From Candidatus Lloydbacteria bacterium RIFCSPHIGHO2_02_FULL_50_18 (GTDB lineage Bacteria; Patescibacteriota; Minisyncoccia; Phycocordibacterales; UBA6899), in NCBI GenBank assembly GCA_001821395.1, contig MHLM01000012.1, positions 32,001 to 96,000 of the forward strand: a stretch of 64,000 nucleotides of DNA, in the 5' to 3' direction. Shown piece by piece: positions 39,660 through 49,774 of the stretch. A model generated the notes under the pieces. It was not told the origin of the DNA. It searched no databases and was given only the letters and a program-made list of their open reading frames with translations. A program made the position numbers and the translations under genes. The first letter of the stretch is position 1. Each line of letters opens with the position of its first letter.

Positions 39660-41336
39660 ATGCCTCCTATGAATGACCTTTCCTGCTTGCACCCGCTCAC
39701 ACATCTGCTTTTAGAAAATCGACAGATCATTGACCCCTTGGAAAAACAACGATTTCTTTTTCCTGATTATGAACGGGACGGTAATGATCCCTTCCTCATG
39801 CTGAACATGGAGCGCGCAGTCGACCGCATTTTTCTTGCGATGACAAATAATGAAACGATCATGATCTATGGAGATTATGATTGCGACGGCATTCCCGGTT
39901 CGGTGCTTTTGCATGATCTTTTTAAAAAGATCGGGTACGCACCTGTTCAAAATTATATTCCGCACCGCCATCTTGAGGGATATGGGTTGAACAAGGAAGC
40001 GGTTACGCAGTTCGCAAAAGACGGCATCGCGCTCGTCATTACGGTTGATTGCGGCATCACCGACGTGGAAGAGGTTGCACTCGCGAATGAATTAGGTGTC
40101 GACGTGATCGTGACCGATCACCATCTTCCTCAGGTGATACTCCCACCCGCTTATACGATATTGAATTCGAAGCAAGTTGATGATACCTACCCTGACAATA
40201 TGTTGTGCGGCGCCGGGGTGGCATTCAAGCTAGCACAGGCAATACTCTTGCGCGGAAAGTTTGCGCATATCGGTCAAGGCTGGGAAAAGTGGCTGCTCGA
40301 TATGGCGGGGCTCTCGACGATCACTGACATGGTACCGCTCCGTAAGGAAAATCGCATGCTCGCATATTATGGGTTGAAAGTGTTGCGTCGATCACCTCGT
40401 CCCGGCCTTCAGGCTCTGCTCAAAGATGCGGGTACACTGCAGGCACAGCTCACTGAGGAAGATGTCGGATTTACCATCGGACCACGCATCAATGCGGCCT
40501 CTCGGATGGATGTACCGTTGCGCGCCTTTGAATTACTGGCGACCAACGATGCTATTCTTGCAAAAGAACGTGCAAAGTTTTTGGGTGATCTGAATGATGA
40601 ACGGAAGAGCGAGGTTGCGCGCATGGTCAAGGAGGCAAAACATCGCCTGAAGGAGCGGGTGCTTCGCGAGGTCATCGTGATAGGGAATCCGAACTGGCGC
40701 GTCGGTGTTGTCGGTATCGTTGCGAATCAGATCGCGACGGAATATGACCGTCCGACATTCGTGTGGGGAAAGAGCGGATCGCATGACCTCAAAGGATCAT
40801 GCCGCTCGGATGGTCGGGTGAATCTCGTTGAATTGATGTGCGCCGTTGATCCTGGCATCTTTATCGATCGCGGTGGGCATGAATTTTCCGGAGGATTTTC
40901 AGTGACGCCGGAGCATATTCACACGCTTGAAGATCATCTGGTCGCGGCACATGCAACGATAGCAAAAAAAGAAAAACCGGAGCACGCATATGTGATCGAT
41001 GCTGAATTAACGATCGCAGAAGTGAATGAGCGCACGTATACCGCCATCGCACTTCTTGCCCCGTTCGGCGTTGGGAACCCCAAGCCCCATTTTTTCTTTC
41101 GGCAAGTTGTCGTGCGTGACGTCGGGTTATTCGGCAAAGAAAAAAACCATTTAAAACTCACACTTGCTGATGACGCAGGAAAGACCGCGCAAGCGATAGG
41201 ATTTTTTATGACTGCAGAAAGTTTTGTGTCGGCTGATATTCATGATGGAAAGAAAGTCGACCTTGTTGCTACATTCGAGAAATCGTACTTTCGTGGTCGT
41301 CCGGAATTGCGGCTCAGGATCGTTGATATCTCGTGA
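39660..41336 (+). CDS. recJ: Single-stranded-DNA-specific exonuclease RecJ
   Basis: DHH motifs (DYDCDGI, DHH) and DHHA1 domain. Confidence 0.85.
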   Translation: MPPMNDLSCLHPLTHLLLENRQIIDPLEKQRFLFPDYERDGNDPFLMLNMERAVDRIFLAMTNNETIMIYGDYDCDGIPGSVLLHDLFKKIGYAPVQNYIPHRHLEGYGLNKEAVTQFAKDGIALVITVDCGITDVEEVALANELGVDVIVTDHHLPQVILPPAYTILNSKQVDDTYPDNMLCGAGVAFKLAQAILLRGKFAHIGQGWEKWLLDMAGLSTITDMVPLRKENRMLAYYGLKVLRRSPRPGLQALLKDAGTLQAQLTEEDVGFTIGPRINAASRMDVPLRAFELLATNDAILAKERAKFLGDLNDERKSEVARMVKEAKHRLKERVLREVIVIGNPNWRVGVVGIVANQIATEYDRPTFVWGKSGSHDLKGSCRSDGRVNLVELMCAVDPGIFIDRGGHEFSGGFSVTPEHIHTLEDHLVAAHATIAKKEKPEHAYVIDAELTIAEVNERTYTAIALLAPFGVGNPKPHFFFRQVVVRDVGLFGKEKNHLKLTLADDAGKTAQAIGFFMTAESFVSADIHDGKKVDLVATFEKSYFRGRPELRLRIVDIS

Positions 41337-41349
41337 TATAGTAGTAGAC

Positions 41350-42111
41350 ATGAAAGGACCGAAACCCGATCTCGACAATAGCGCACAGCGGACACATCTC
41401 CTCTTTACCGACGGAAGTTCACTTGGTAATCCCGGCTCGGGCGGGTGGGGCGCGGTGCTCGTCATTGACGGAAACCAGGTGGTCGAGTTGGGTGGACATG
41501 AAAAACATACAACGAACAACAGCATGGAACTCCTTGCGCTCATCAAAGGGCTCGAGAGACTTTCTGAGGAATCAGGAGAAGTAACGATCTTTACTGATTC
41601 AAAATACGTACATAAGGGAGCGACGGAGTGGTCGCATGGGTGGAAGGTGCGGGGGTGGAAAACGATGGCAAAGACTGAGGTGGGGAATCGCGATCTCTGG
41701 GAGGTTGCACTCTCCCTTCTCGATGATCGAAAGAAATTTGGAACTGAAAAGTGGGTTCATGTCCCCGGGCATTCGGGTATTGTTGGAAACGAACGTTGTG
41801 ATGTGATCGCAACAGGGTTTGCAAAAGAAGAAGAGGTACCGCTTTTCCAGGGAACGCTTGGAGATTATGCGGTCGACATCTTGAATATTGCGGTTGATGA
41901 AAAGAAGTCAGAAGCACGCTCGGTTGCACGCGCGCATTCGCGTGCAAAAGCATATTCGTACCTTTCACTTGTCGGAGGCGTAGCAAAGCGTCACCTCACT
42001 TGGGGGGAATGCGAAGGACGCGTGAAGGGGAAGTCGGGAGTAAGATACAAAAAAACGCTCTCATCTTCCGATGAAAGCGCGATACTTCGCTCCTGGGGGG
42101 CCTCGCTCTAG
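41350..42111 (+). CDS. rnhA: Ribonuclease HI with a C-terminal hybrid-binding-domain-like extension
   Basis: Catalytic DEDD residues (TDGS, MELLA, TDSKY, NERCD); the C-terminal roughly 45 aa matches the HBD consensus YxxxxGxxxGIxxxWxECxxxVxGxxGxxYKxF. Confidence 0.8.
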   Translation: MKGPKPDLDNSAQRTHLLFTDGSSLGNPGSGGWGAVLVIDGNQVVELGGHEKHTTNNSMELLALIKGLERLSEESGEVTIFTDSKYVHKGATEWSHGWKVRGWKTMAKTEVGNRDLWEVALSLLDDRKKFGTEKWVHVPGHSGIVGNERCDVIATGFAKEEEVPLFQGTLGDYAVDILNIAVDEKKSEARSVARAHSRAKAYSYLSLVGGVAKRHLTWGECEGRVKGKSGVRYKKTLSSSDESAILRSWGASL

Positions 42112-42437
42112 TTGTCAAATGGTTCCTCCGCAAATGGCTGCTCTCTCGATTCTCCCTTCAGGTAGCGAACCCAACCTTTGATCGCTGACGCGACAAGGAG
42201 GTGCTCGGTTGGGGACATGTGCATACCGTCTTCACTCTGGTCGGGAATGCCCTCATTATATGCATTCACGACGATATCGCTGATCTCGCCCGTTGGCAGA
42301 GTATCAAAACAGTCTTTGCACACCGCCATAATACCGCCTTCTGGGCAGGTCGGGACTGTTTTTGGGAGGCATTGCTTGCCGTTATTTACGCTATACCACT
42401 CGTATCCACAGTGGCCACATGTACCGAATTGGGTCAT
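42108..42437 (-). CDS. Hypothetical Cys-rich (zinc-binding?) protein (109 aa)
   Basis: CxxC...C...CxxxxxxxC...CxxC pattern. Confidence 0.45.
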   Translation of the reverse strand: MTQFGTCGHCGYEWYSVNNGKQCLPKTVPTCPEGGIMAVCKDCFDTLPTGEISDIVVNAYNEGIPDQSEDGMHMSPTEHLLVASAIKGWVRYLKGESREQPFAEEPFDN

Positions 42438-42521
42438 GATGATTACTCCTTTTGTTGATGAACTGGATGAACTACATTATATCACAAAATTACAATTACG
42501 CAAGTAACGAAAATATTAAAC

Positions 42522-44093
42522 TTGGGTAATATTTTTTTTGTGCCGCCATTAAAAGCATTTTTTCAATATCCGCTCATTGCCCTCCTTGTCGGAGTGGGTA
42601 TCGCACCGCTGTTCTCAGCATCTCGACCCCTTATTATCTTTTTACTCCTTCTTTCCGTTTCACTATTGCTGCTCGCGCTTGTTTATCGGCGCAAGGAATT
42701 TCTCTATGTGGTCATTCTCCTCTTATTCGCATTACTCGGTATATTGCGCTATGTGTTTTGGAGAGAGGCGCCCCTCGATCCACTTGTTGAGACAGCGATC
42801 GGAAGTGTGGTTGAGATTAACGGTATGGTCGATGATGAACCTGACATTCGAGAGGGCAGTACGAATCTTCTCGTTTCCATGCGCACGCTTCACCTCACCG
42901 CTACTTCCTCCCTAGTATATGGCCGACTGCAGGTTTCCGTAGCTCGTTATCCCGAGTATCGCTATGGCGACCTGGTCCGCATTAAGGGGAAACTCATGCG
43001 ACCTGAAAAATTCGTTAAAGACGACGGTCGCGTTTTTGATTACCCGTCATATCTCGCGGTAAAAGGTGTTCATTATCAGGTCCCTTTTTCTGTCGTCACT
43101 CGGGAGGATCGTAATGAAGGAAATACAATACTCGGAATGCTTTTTACGATGAAGCATGAGTTTCTCGGGGTATTAAGCACGCTTTTTCCGGAGCCGCACA
43201 ATGCGTTACTTGGAGGGTTGCTCCTTGGGGGGAAGCAGTCGCTGGGTGATGCTTGGCAAGATGTTTTTCGCAGGGCCGGAATTGTGCACGTCGTAGTCCT
43301 CTCCGGGTACAACATGACCATTGTTTCGGAATGGCTGGTGAAGCTGTCTAGTTTTATGGGTTTTTATGGAAGCTTGTCTGTCGGCGGAGTTGGTATCATA
43401 TTGTTTGCGCTCATGGCCGGCGCCGGTGCAACGGTGCTCCGGGCGGCAACCATGGCACTCATTGCGCTCTTGGCGCGTGCAACGGGGCGAACGTATACAA
43501 TGGGTCGCGCACTCCTTATCGCGGGCGTGTGTATGGTCCTGCAAAATCCGAGCATCCTTGTTTCCGATCCCTCTTTTCAGCTTTCATTCCTCGCTTCCCT
43601 CGGCCTTATCTTTGTCACTCCGGTGCTTGAAGCGCGCACGAGACTTTTTGTGCGCTTCCCTGTTTGGCGAGAAATTTTTCTTTCAACCCTTGCGACACAG
43701 ATTATGGTATTGCCGTTGCTACTGTCGCAGACGGGGATGCTTTCCCTCGTCGCCCTTCCGGTCAACATGCTGGTACTTCCCATCATTCCGCTTACGATGT
43801 TATTCGGCTTCCTCGCCGGTGTCATCACGGTCATCGTTCCATCAATCGGGTTCATCGCCGCGATTCCCGCCCATGTATTATTGGCGTGGATCCTTTCCGT
43901 GGCCTCATCCGCGGTGCGCATTCCCTATGCTTCGGTCTCACTCACTCTTTCCTCCGGCGTCATGCTTGCTGTCTATCTGCTGCTTACGTTGTTTCTTTGG
44001 CGTGCACATGCTTCTTTTCTTCGGGTAGATCGAGCAGTAATTCCGCAGTCACCTCTTTTGAGTTTAGCAAACGATAAAAAAGAAAAAGAATGA
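42522..44093 (+). CDS. comEC: ComEC/Rec2 DNA-uptake channel protein (DUF4131 plus competence domain; no beta-lactamase domain)
   Basis: Polytopic protein with the ComEC signature LLGGLLLGGKQSLGDAWQDVFRRAGIVHVVVLSG; ends without a metallo-beta-lactamase domain. Confidence 0.75.
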   Translation: MGNIFFVPPLKAFFQYPLIALLVGVGIAPLFSASRPLIIFLLLLSVSLLLLALVYRRKEFLYVVILLLFALLGILRYVFWREAPLDPLVETAIGSVVEINGMVDDEPDIREGSTNLLVSMRTLHLTATSSLVYGRLQVSVARYPEYRYGDLVRIKGKLMRPEKFVKDDGRVFDYPSYLAVKGVHYQVPFSVVTREDRNEGNTILGMLFTMKHEFLGVLSTLFPEPHNALLGGLLLGGKQSLGDAWQDVFRRAGIVHVVVLSGYNMTIVSEWLVKLSSFMGFYGSLSVGGVGIILFALMAGAGATVLRAATMALIALLARATGRTYTMGRALLIAGVCMVLQNPSILVSDPSFQLSFLASLGLIFVTPVLEARTRLFVRFPVWREIFLSTLATQIMVLPLLLSQTGMLSLVALPVNMLVLPIIPLTMLFGFLAGVITVIVPSIGFIAAIPAHVLLAWILSVASSAVRIPYASVSLTLSSGVMLAVYLLLTLFLWRAHASFLRVDRAVIPQSPLLSLANDKKEKE

Positions 44094-44637
44094 CAAAGGC
44101 AACGAGTGCGAGGATGACCCCGTACGACTTCCACACTTCCGTGCTTTTGCCGAAGAAATATCCGATGCTGATGAACATGAGCGACCAGATCCATGAAGAG
44201 AGGAGCATGAGGGATGCAAATACTCCGCGATGGACACGTCCGAGGGCCGCGGGAATAGGGACAAACACCTTAATAGCCGGGAGGAGTTTTCCTATAAAAA
44301 GGAACCAAAGACCTTTTTTCCTGAACACGATCTCTACTCTTTTAATATCCGCTTTTCGAAACATGCCGAATTTTTCCACATAGTGCAGTCCGCGTGCGCG
44401 GACGATCTCGTAGAGCAATATGTTTCCCACTGTGTTTCCCAGTGCACCGATGATCGATGCTGGAATGATCCCCAGATAGCCCGTACTCACAAAATAGCCC
44501 ACCAAGATATAGAGAATTTGGCTTGAGGGAAAGGAAAGTGCTCCGTTCGTCACCATGAGTCCGAAGATGCCCAAATAACTAAAACCGATGATTATTGCTT
44601 CGGTGTTCATTGGGACATTATAACCTAGTGTAGACAC
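43984..44637 (-). CDS. DedA-family membrane protein
   Basis: DedA/SNARE-associated signature (G.....P.....LYILVG...G); overlaps the comEC 3' end convergently by about 110 nt. Confidence 0.7.
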   Translation of the reverse strand: MSTLGYNVPMNTEAIIIGFSYLGIFGLMVTNGALSFPSSQILYILVGYFVSTGYLGIIPASIIGALGNTVGNILLYEIVRARGLHYVEKFGMFRKADIKRVEIVFRKKGLWFLFIGKLLPAIKVFVPIPAALGRVHRGVFASLMLLSSWIWSLMFISIGYFFGKSTEVWKSYGVILALVAFVILFLFYRLLNSKEVTAELLLDLPEEKKHVHAKETT

Positions 44638-44763
44638 GATTGTTCTTTCAAGGACTTTACATATTATAATTAATATGTTCTGGTGTGAAACTACTTGTCA
44701 GTCACTCGCTGCTCCTTATGATGAAAGTAGTAATAGTTTTTTGTCAATTTCAAGGAGACCGAT

Positions 44764-45438
44764 ATGGCTACTCAGAAATCTGGTAATACGGAATACTTAC
44801 TCTTGCTTCGGACATTCATTGTGCATGCAGTAGGTATCATGCTCATGTTCTTTAGCTACAAGATGGGTTGGCTGCAGAAGGTTATCTCAACCGACACGCT
44901 GTATATCTCTCGCGTGATCATCTTGCTTGGTGTGTTCACACTCGTGATGGGCACTATCAAAGTATGGACTTTTACCAAAGAGCTCAATGTTGCTAGAGAT
45001 GCGACGAAGCGTTTTCGTAGCGGCGGGAAAAGGGCGGTACTCGACCTGCTTTCCGGAAGCAACTCGCGCACTGAAGAATTCGTTAAGCTCAGCATTGATG
45101 CAGGCGCAGAAAATCGTAGCGGTGTAGTGCGTGCATATGTGATGAAACTTGAGCGTAAGGCATCGTCGCTTGATCACTTTCTTGAGATATTGCCCATGCT
45201 CGGACTATTCGGCACGGTCGTTGGTATCATTTCCGCATTCGGCGCACTTGACCCATTGGCACTCGATAAAAGCGGACCCTTGGCGCTCCCGGGATTTATG
45301 ATCGCGCTTATCACGACGGCGGTCGGCATCTGCTTCACCGTGTGGTTCATCTTCATCAGAATGCTGATCGGTGACGGTGTGGGGCAGCTCACTGAAACAC
45401 TGCTCGCGCTTCCTCTCGAGGGAGAAAAAGATGAATGA
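44764..45438 (+). CDS. MotA/TolQ/ExbB-family proton channel protein
   Basis: C-terminal LPMLGLFGTVVGIISAF...ALITTAVGICFTV signature with three TM helices. Confidence 0.65.
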   Translation: MATQKSGNTEYLLLLRTFIVHAVGIMLMFFSYKMGWLQKVISTDTLYISRVIILLGVFTLVMGTIKVWTFTKELNVARDATKRFRSGGKRAVLDLLSGSNSRTEEFVKLSIDAGAENRSGVVRAYVMKLERKASSLDHFLEILPMLGLFGTVVGIISAFGALDPLALDKSGPLALPGFMIALITTAVGICFTVWFIFIRMLIGDGVGQLTETLLALPLEGEKDE

Positions 45439-46051
45439 TTTCAAGTTAAGGATCTCCCGTGCATCAAAGACGATCTTGGGCGATGTTGTCTTCAATATGC
45501 TCATGGTCTTTGCACTGCTGTTCATCGTCCTTCCGCATAGTCCCAAAAAGGAAGAATCGAAGAACGAGGCGGTGAAATCCGCAGGCGACATGATGGTCGA
45601 GATCCATTGGCCGGATAAGGTCGATATCGATATCGATCTCTGGACCAAGTCTCCTGACGATGATCGTCCTGTCGGGTACTCGAATCGTGCAGGGAAGACA
45701 TTCAATCTGTTGCGTGACGATCTGGGGGGGTCAAACGATTCCACTGATCGTAATTTTGAGATGGCATATACGCGCGGACTACCCGCCGGTGAATACATCA
45801 TCAATATCCACTATTTCGTTAACCGTGAACCAGGTTCACCCGGTGATGTACCCGTGGATGTCGTCATCAGTACGAAGGCGGGTGACTCCGGCGGAATGAA
45901 GCAGATCATTACGCGAAGGGCAACGTTGCGCGTTTTGGGTGAAGAGATCACCGTCGTACGATTTGTCATTCGAGAAAATGGTGAATTCGACGAGCAAAGT
46001 GTCAATGATTTTTTTCAGGAGCTACGAGCATGGGTACTACCACCACAATAA
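45431..46051 (+). CDS. ExbD/TolR-like protein with an extended periplasmic domain
   Basis: N-terminal LGDVVFNMLMVFALLFIV resembles the ExbD TM helix; the C-terminus is longer than canonical ExbD; ATGAATGA start/stop overlap with the upstream gene. Confidence 0.45.
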   Translation: MNDFKLRISRASKTILGDVVFNMLMVFALLFIVLPHSPKKEESKNEAVKSAGDMMVEIHWPDKVDIDIDLWTKSPDDDRPVGYSNRAGKTFNLLRDDLGGSNDSTDRNFEMAYTRGLPAGEYIINIHYFVNREPGSPGDVPVDVVISTKAGDSGGMKQIITRRATLRVLGEEITVVRFVIRENGEFDEQSVNDFFQELRAWVLPPQ

Positions 46052-46650
46052 CGCTTTACGCGGTGCTCGTCGCACTCCTTGGATTTGCGTTGGCTTCCGT
46101 CGCGATCTGGTCTCGGCGAGAACTCCGTATGCGTCTGTTCGCCGTCCTGCTTGCGATCGTGGCGGCTCCGGTCTTCTGGTTCGCCTTTTCGCAGTTGCCG
46201 GGGAAACCCGACAGCATAAGCGCCGAGGAATTTCGTGAGCACTATCGGTGCGCGAGAATCACTCCGGTGAAGATCATCGAACGTGTCGGCATCTTTATCC
46301 TTGCTGAAAAGATTCGCACAAAAGAACCCGAGTACCTTTTTGTTCTCTGGAACATGAGACTCGCGTCATCGCTTCAAAAAAGCATGCGTGTCGCAAAGTT
46401 GAATGGCGCCGGTTCGATCATCTACGGCTCTGCATCATGTCAGAATGATGACGAAGAAGGCGGTGGCAACGGTAAGGGAAAGAAAAAGAATGGCAAGAAA
46501 GGGAAACCCAGAATGCAACAGCCCGGAAGTTCCGGACAAGAGCAAGATGGTGGAGACGGTTTCACGTTCTATCCTGACCCCGTTCCTCCCATGCCGGAGA
46601 AGAATTACGGACCACTCTATGAAGGTCCGATCGCGATGCCGGAACGATAA
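46030..46650 (+). CDS. Hypothetical membrane protein with a Gly/Lys-rich, Pro-rich C-terminus
   Basis: Two N-terminal TM helices; overlaps the upstream gene; followed by a terminator at 46667-46700. Confidence 0.5.
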   Translation: MGTTTTITLYAVLVALLGFALASVAIWSRRELRMRLFAVLLAIVAAPVFWFAFSQLPGKPDSISAEEFREHYRCARITPVKIIERVGIFILAEKIRTKEPEYLFVLWNMRLASSLQKSMRVAKLNGAGSIIYGSASCQNDDEEGGGNGKGKKKNGKKGKPRMQQPGSSGQEQDGGDGFTFYPDPVPPMPEKNYGPLYEGPIAMPER

Positions 46651-46666
46651 TAGTACGGCAGAACAA

Positions 46667-46700
46667 GACACCCCCGAATATTCGGGGGTGATTTTTTTTT
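46667..46700 (+). terminator. Rho-independent terminator (GACACCCCCGAATATTCGGGGGTG followed by T9)
   Basis: Perfect hairpin and T-run. Confidence 0.8.
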
Positions 46701-46719
46701 ATATACTGATCATCGTTGA

Positions 46720-47610
46720 TCATTTTTTTCCGCAAGCAGGAACGCTTTGGGAATTTTGCTGCAAATACTCTGAGGGATTGGCGTAAGACATTTGCGTCGG
46801 AACGCCTCTCATCATGATGATCGCCACAACTTGCCCGACAACAGCACCGGTTGCGACCGACACGAGCGGTCCGCCGGAGTTTCCTGGAAGGATCGGCGCG
46901 GTGAACTGGATCTTCGGTGCCCCCTTTTTGCCCGTTTCTTTGTCTTGTGGAACAAAGTCGAGATTGCTGATGAAGCCCGGAGTCATGAAATTCATGTTGC
47001 CAAGCGGCGAGCCAATCGTGAGCACCTCTGCTCCCTCGCGGTAGCTTCCCGGTGCAGCGATCTTCAAATGGGGGAGCGATCCGCCGGGGTGCTCGACGCA
47101 CATGACCGCGATATCGTTTTCTTTGTCCAGCTTGACTAGCTTTGCTCTGAAGACTTTTGTGAACGATTGATTGACCAAGAGACAGAATGTGTCTTTTTTG
47201 CCTTCTTCCCGAAGCGCTGCTTCTTTTTGGCGTCCGACTTCTTTATCCACGGCTTCCTGACTTTTGGGTTCTTCGTTGCTGTTGCCTGTGCAGAAATTTG
47301 TGCCTTCGACGACGTGCACGTTCGTCAGTATGAGGCCGTCTGCGCGCACGGCAAATGCGGAGCCATTAGCGGTTTCAGCATGCATGGCATCAAGAAATGT
47401 GGCATCCCGAAGTTTCTCGACGTCGTCGGTATCCGGAAAGACACTGTAACTTGCGGCACGAGTCTGGACAATGACCTTGTGTCGCTGCATGTCAGCAAGC
47501 ATGATCGCATTTGTTTTTACCATTGATGTTCCGACGCCGTTGTCGTTACATCCGGAAAGACCGCTAAATGCGGCGGTGAGCAAGAGAAGTGCGGTACGAG
47601 CAATCATCAT
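46720..47610 (-). CDS. Trypsin-like serine protease lipoprotein (S1C/HtrA-like without an obvious PDZ domain)
   Basis: Lipobox LSGC; LTNVHVVEG (His) and GNSGGPLV (Ser) motifs. Confidence 0.75.
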   Translation of the reverse strand: MMIARTALLLLTAAFSGLSGCNDNGVGTSMVKTNAIMLADMQRHKVIVQTRAASYSVFPDTDDVEKLRDATFLDAMHAETANGSAFAVRADGLILTNVHVVEGTNFCTGNSNEEPKSQEAVDKEVGRQKEAALREEGKKDTFCLLVNQSFTKVFRAKLVKLDKENDIAVMCVEHPGGSLPHLKIAAPGSYREGAEVLTIGSPLGNMNFMTPGFISNLDFVPQDKETGKKGAPKIQFTAPILPGNSGGPLVSVATGAVVGQVVAIIMMRGVPTQMSYANPSEYLQQNSQSVPACGKK

Positions 47611-47830
47611 TGTTCTCCTCGTGTGAAATGAACTCTATTATCAGACTAGCGAGTGAGCGTATTCTGTCAATGATATTTTGTTATTTTGATGTTTAAGACC
47701 ATAGAAGTGCCTATTGCGGTCAATTGAATAAGTAACAATGAACTGTTACCTGAAACAGTATTGTCCAGCAGCGTTTTCGTTGAGTGTCAACAGTGCATCG
47801 CCATCAGACCCGCGGTAGTCTCAGTAGAGG

Positions 47831-49036
47831 ATGATCTTTGATGGGGGGTGTACTGTAATGAAATTGCCACTTAATCGACCAAAGGATTTGCAAAAAAGGG
47901 ACGAATGCCCAATGTCCGCAGAAGAATCGGAGGCACTCAATAAGCCACTTACGCAAGCCATTGTAGTTGAGGTTGTTGAGATGCTTGTCGCGAGGGCTGA
48001 CCGAAGAGAGCTTGCGCTCAGGCGCGAAAAACGTCGTTCCACAATTTGGAAGTGGGGCACATTTCTTTTTATGTGTACTCTTGCCCCGCTTATTTTTTGG
48101 GGTTGGTTTGGACAAGATTCATCAGAGCCGGTTCAAGTGATCTCAGATCCGATCCGTACGATTGCGCTTACTGGTAAGGGAGGGATTGCTCATGTCGCCT
48201 TTATCCCAATCAGCGGAAGTATCGACGGAGACAGGCACGGTGCTCCGGGTCTTGAAAACACCGAGTGGTATGTGGAAAATGCGCTCAAGCTTGCGGAGAA
48301 GCAAGAGAATATTTCTGCGATCATTTTGAATATCACCTCATATGGGGGTGATGCAGTCGCGAGCGCTCATGGGTATCGCATGATCAAGAAATTTCGTGAG
48401 CGGACAAAAATTCCGGTCATCGCTTTTATTTCGCACTATGCGTATTCCGGTGGGTACTATCTTGCGCTGGGTGCGAATGAGATTGTCGTTGATCCTGATG
48501 CAAATATCGGAAGTGTCGGCGTCATTATGTCGTGGTTCAACACTGCATCGATCGGTAAAGTATTTGATGTAGGAGAGGTCAAGATCGCGACAGGCCCGCT
48601 CAAGTCTTGTATCGGACAGTGGGTTGAATTGACTCCTGCATGCCGTGCGGGATTTGCCCGGAGTATTGACGTGGCATTTAAGGGATTTCTTGGTGCGATG
48701 TCTGATTCACGTGATATTCCTCTCTCTACATTGATCAAGGAGTCACGCTCGAATACCGGTCGCTCAAATGGTGGAACGTTTGCAGCAGAGGATGCAGTTG
48801 CACGGAAGATGGCTGATCGCGTCGAGGACGAAGACCAGCTTGAGGAAAGAATTGCTGCCGATATTGCAAAAAAACATCCGGAATTCAAGAGCGTTGAATT
48901 TATTCAGTACGACATGAAGCTTAGCGTGCTTGCCGAATTGTCAGGCGCCACGAAGAAATCGATTCAAGGCGTGTCGCGCTTCATGGATGCGCTCTCCTCC
49001 ATGGTTAATGCTCGTGCCATGATGCGTGCGGAATAA
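47831..49036 (+). CDS. sppA: Signal peptide peptidase SppA (S49 family)
   Basis: ClpP/crotonase fold with the S49 signature ISHYAYSGGYYLALGANEIVVDP. Confidence 0.75.
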   Translation: MIFDGGCTVMKLPLNRPKDLQKRDECPMSAEESEALNKPLTQAIVVEVVEMLVARADRRELALRREKRRSTIWKWGTFLFMCTLAPLIFWGWFGQDSSEPVQVISDPIRTIALTGKGGIAHVAFIPISGSIDGDRHGAPGLENTEWYVENALKLAEKQENISAIILNITSYGGDAVASAHGYRMIKKFRERTKIPVIAFISHYAYSGGYYLALGANEIVVDPDANIGSVGVIMSWFNTASIGKVFDVGEVKIATGPLKSCIGQWVELTPACRAGFARSIDVAFKGFLGAMSDSRDIPLSTLIKESRSNTGRSNGGTFAAEDAVARKMADRVEDEDQLEERIAADIAKKHPEFKSVEFIQYDMKLSVLAELSGATKKSIQGVSRFMDALSSMVNARAMMRAE

Positions 49037-49045
49037 TATAAAACC

Positions 49046-49075
49046 GGTACTCGTACCGGTTTTTTTTATAAAAAA
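49046..49075 (+). terminator. Rho-independent terminator (AAAACCGGTACTCGTACCGGTTTTTTTT)
   Basis: Perfect hairpin and T-run. Confidence 0.8.
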
Positions 49076-49108
49076 ACACGCACAGGTAGTGCGTGTGTGT
49101 TTGGTACA

Positions 49109-49774
49109 TTACGTAAGATGCGCGGTGTCGTTTAATCTAAGAATGACCCATCCTTCTCCTGTTTCGGAAAAATTGGTCCGCACCTTGTGTGTAAGGATGG
49201 AAAACCCGGTGTTATCGAAACGGAATTGATACGCGTTGAGATCGTGCGATGTGAGGCTCTCCCCGCGCTGTGTTGCCGCAACAAAGAACGTCGCGAATAC
49301 CCCATGTGTGACAAGCGCGATGTGTTCATCAGGAAGCGCGAGGAGATAGGTGATCCCTGCGAGTGCTCGCGCTTTCATCATTGAGAACGTTTCGCCGTCT
49401 CCGTAGATAAAGTCCGGATCATGAAAATGATCACGTCCCTCCATGTGAATAATGGACGCACCGGGGTCAGTTGTCAGTTTCCCCCGGATCACGCTTGGGT
49501 GTCGCCGTTCGACGAAGAGAGGCGAGTGGGTCGGCGCGAGACCGATCGCACCTCCGATCGCTCCGGCAGTTTGCACCGCACGGTCATCGGTGCTGGTGAT
49601 GAGTTTTGTGATCGGATAGCGCATGTGTTCACGTGCGAGTCTTGCCGCAAGTGCTTCCGCTTGTGCTTCACCGCGCTTCGTCAGTGGTTCCGTGTTGTGC
49701 TGGAATCGTCCGTCCACGTTTGAACCTGTTTCTCCATGACGGATGATATACAACGTCTTTTGTTTACTGCTCAT
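49109..49774 (-). CDS. Histidine phosphatase family protein (phosphoglycerate-mutase-like)
   Basis: LYIIRHGETGSN N-terminal RHG motif. Confidence 0.75.
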   Translation of the reverse strand: MSSKQKTLYIIRHGETGSNVDGRFQHNTEPLTKRGEAQAEALAARLAREHMRYPITKLITSTDDRAVQTAGAIGGAIGLAPTHSPLFVERRHPSVIRGKLTTDPGASIIHMEGRDHFHDPDFIYGDGETFSMMKARALAGITYLLALPDEHIALVTHGVFATFFVAATQRGESLTSHDLNAYQFRFDNTGFSILTHKVRTNFSETGEGWVILRLNDTAHLT

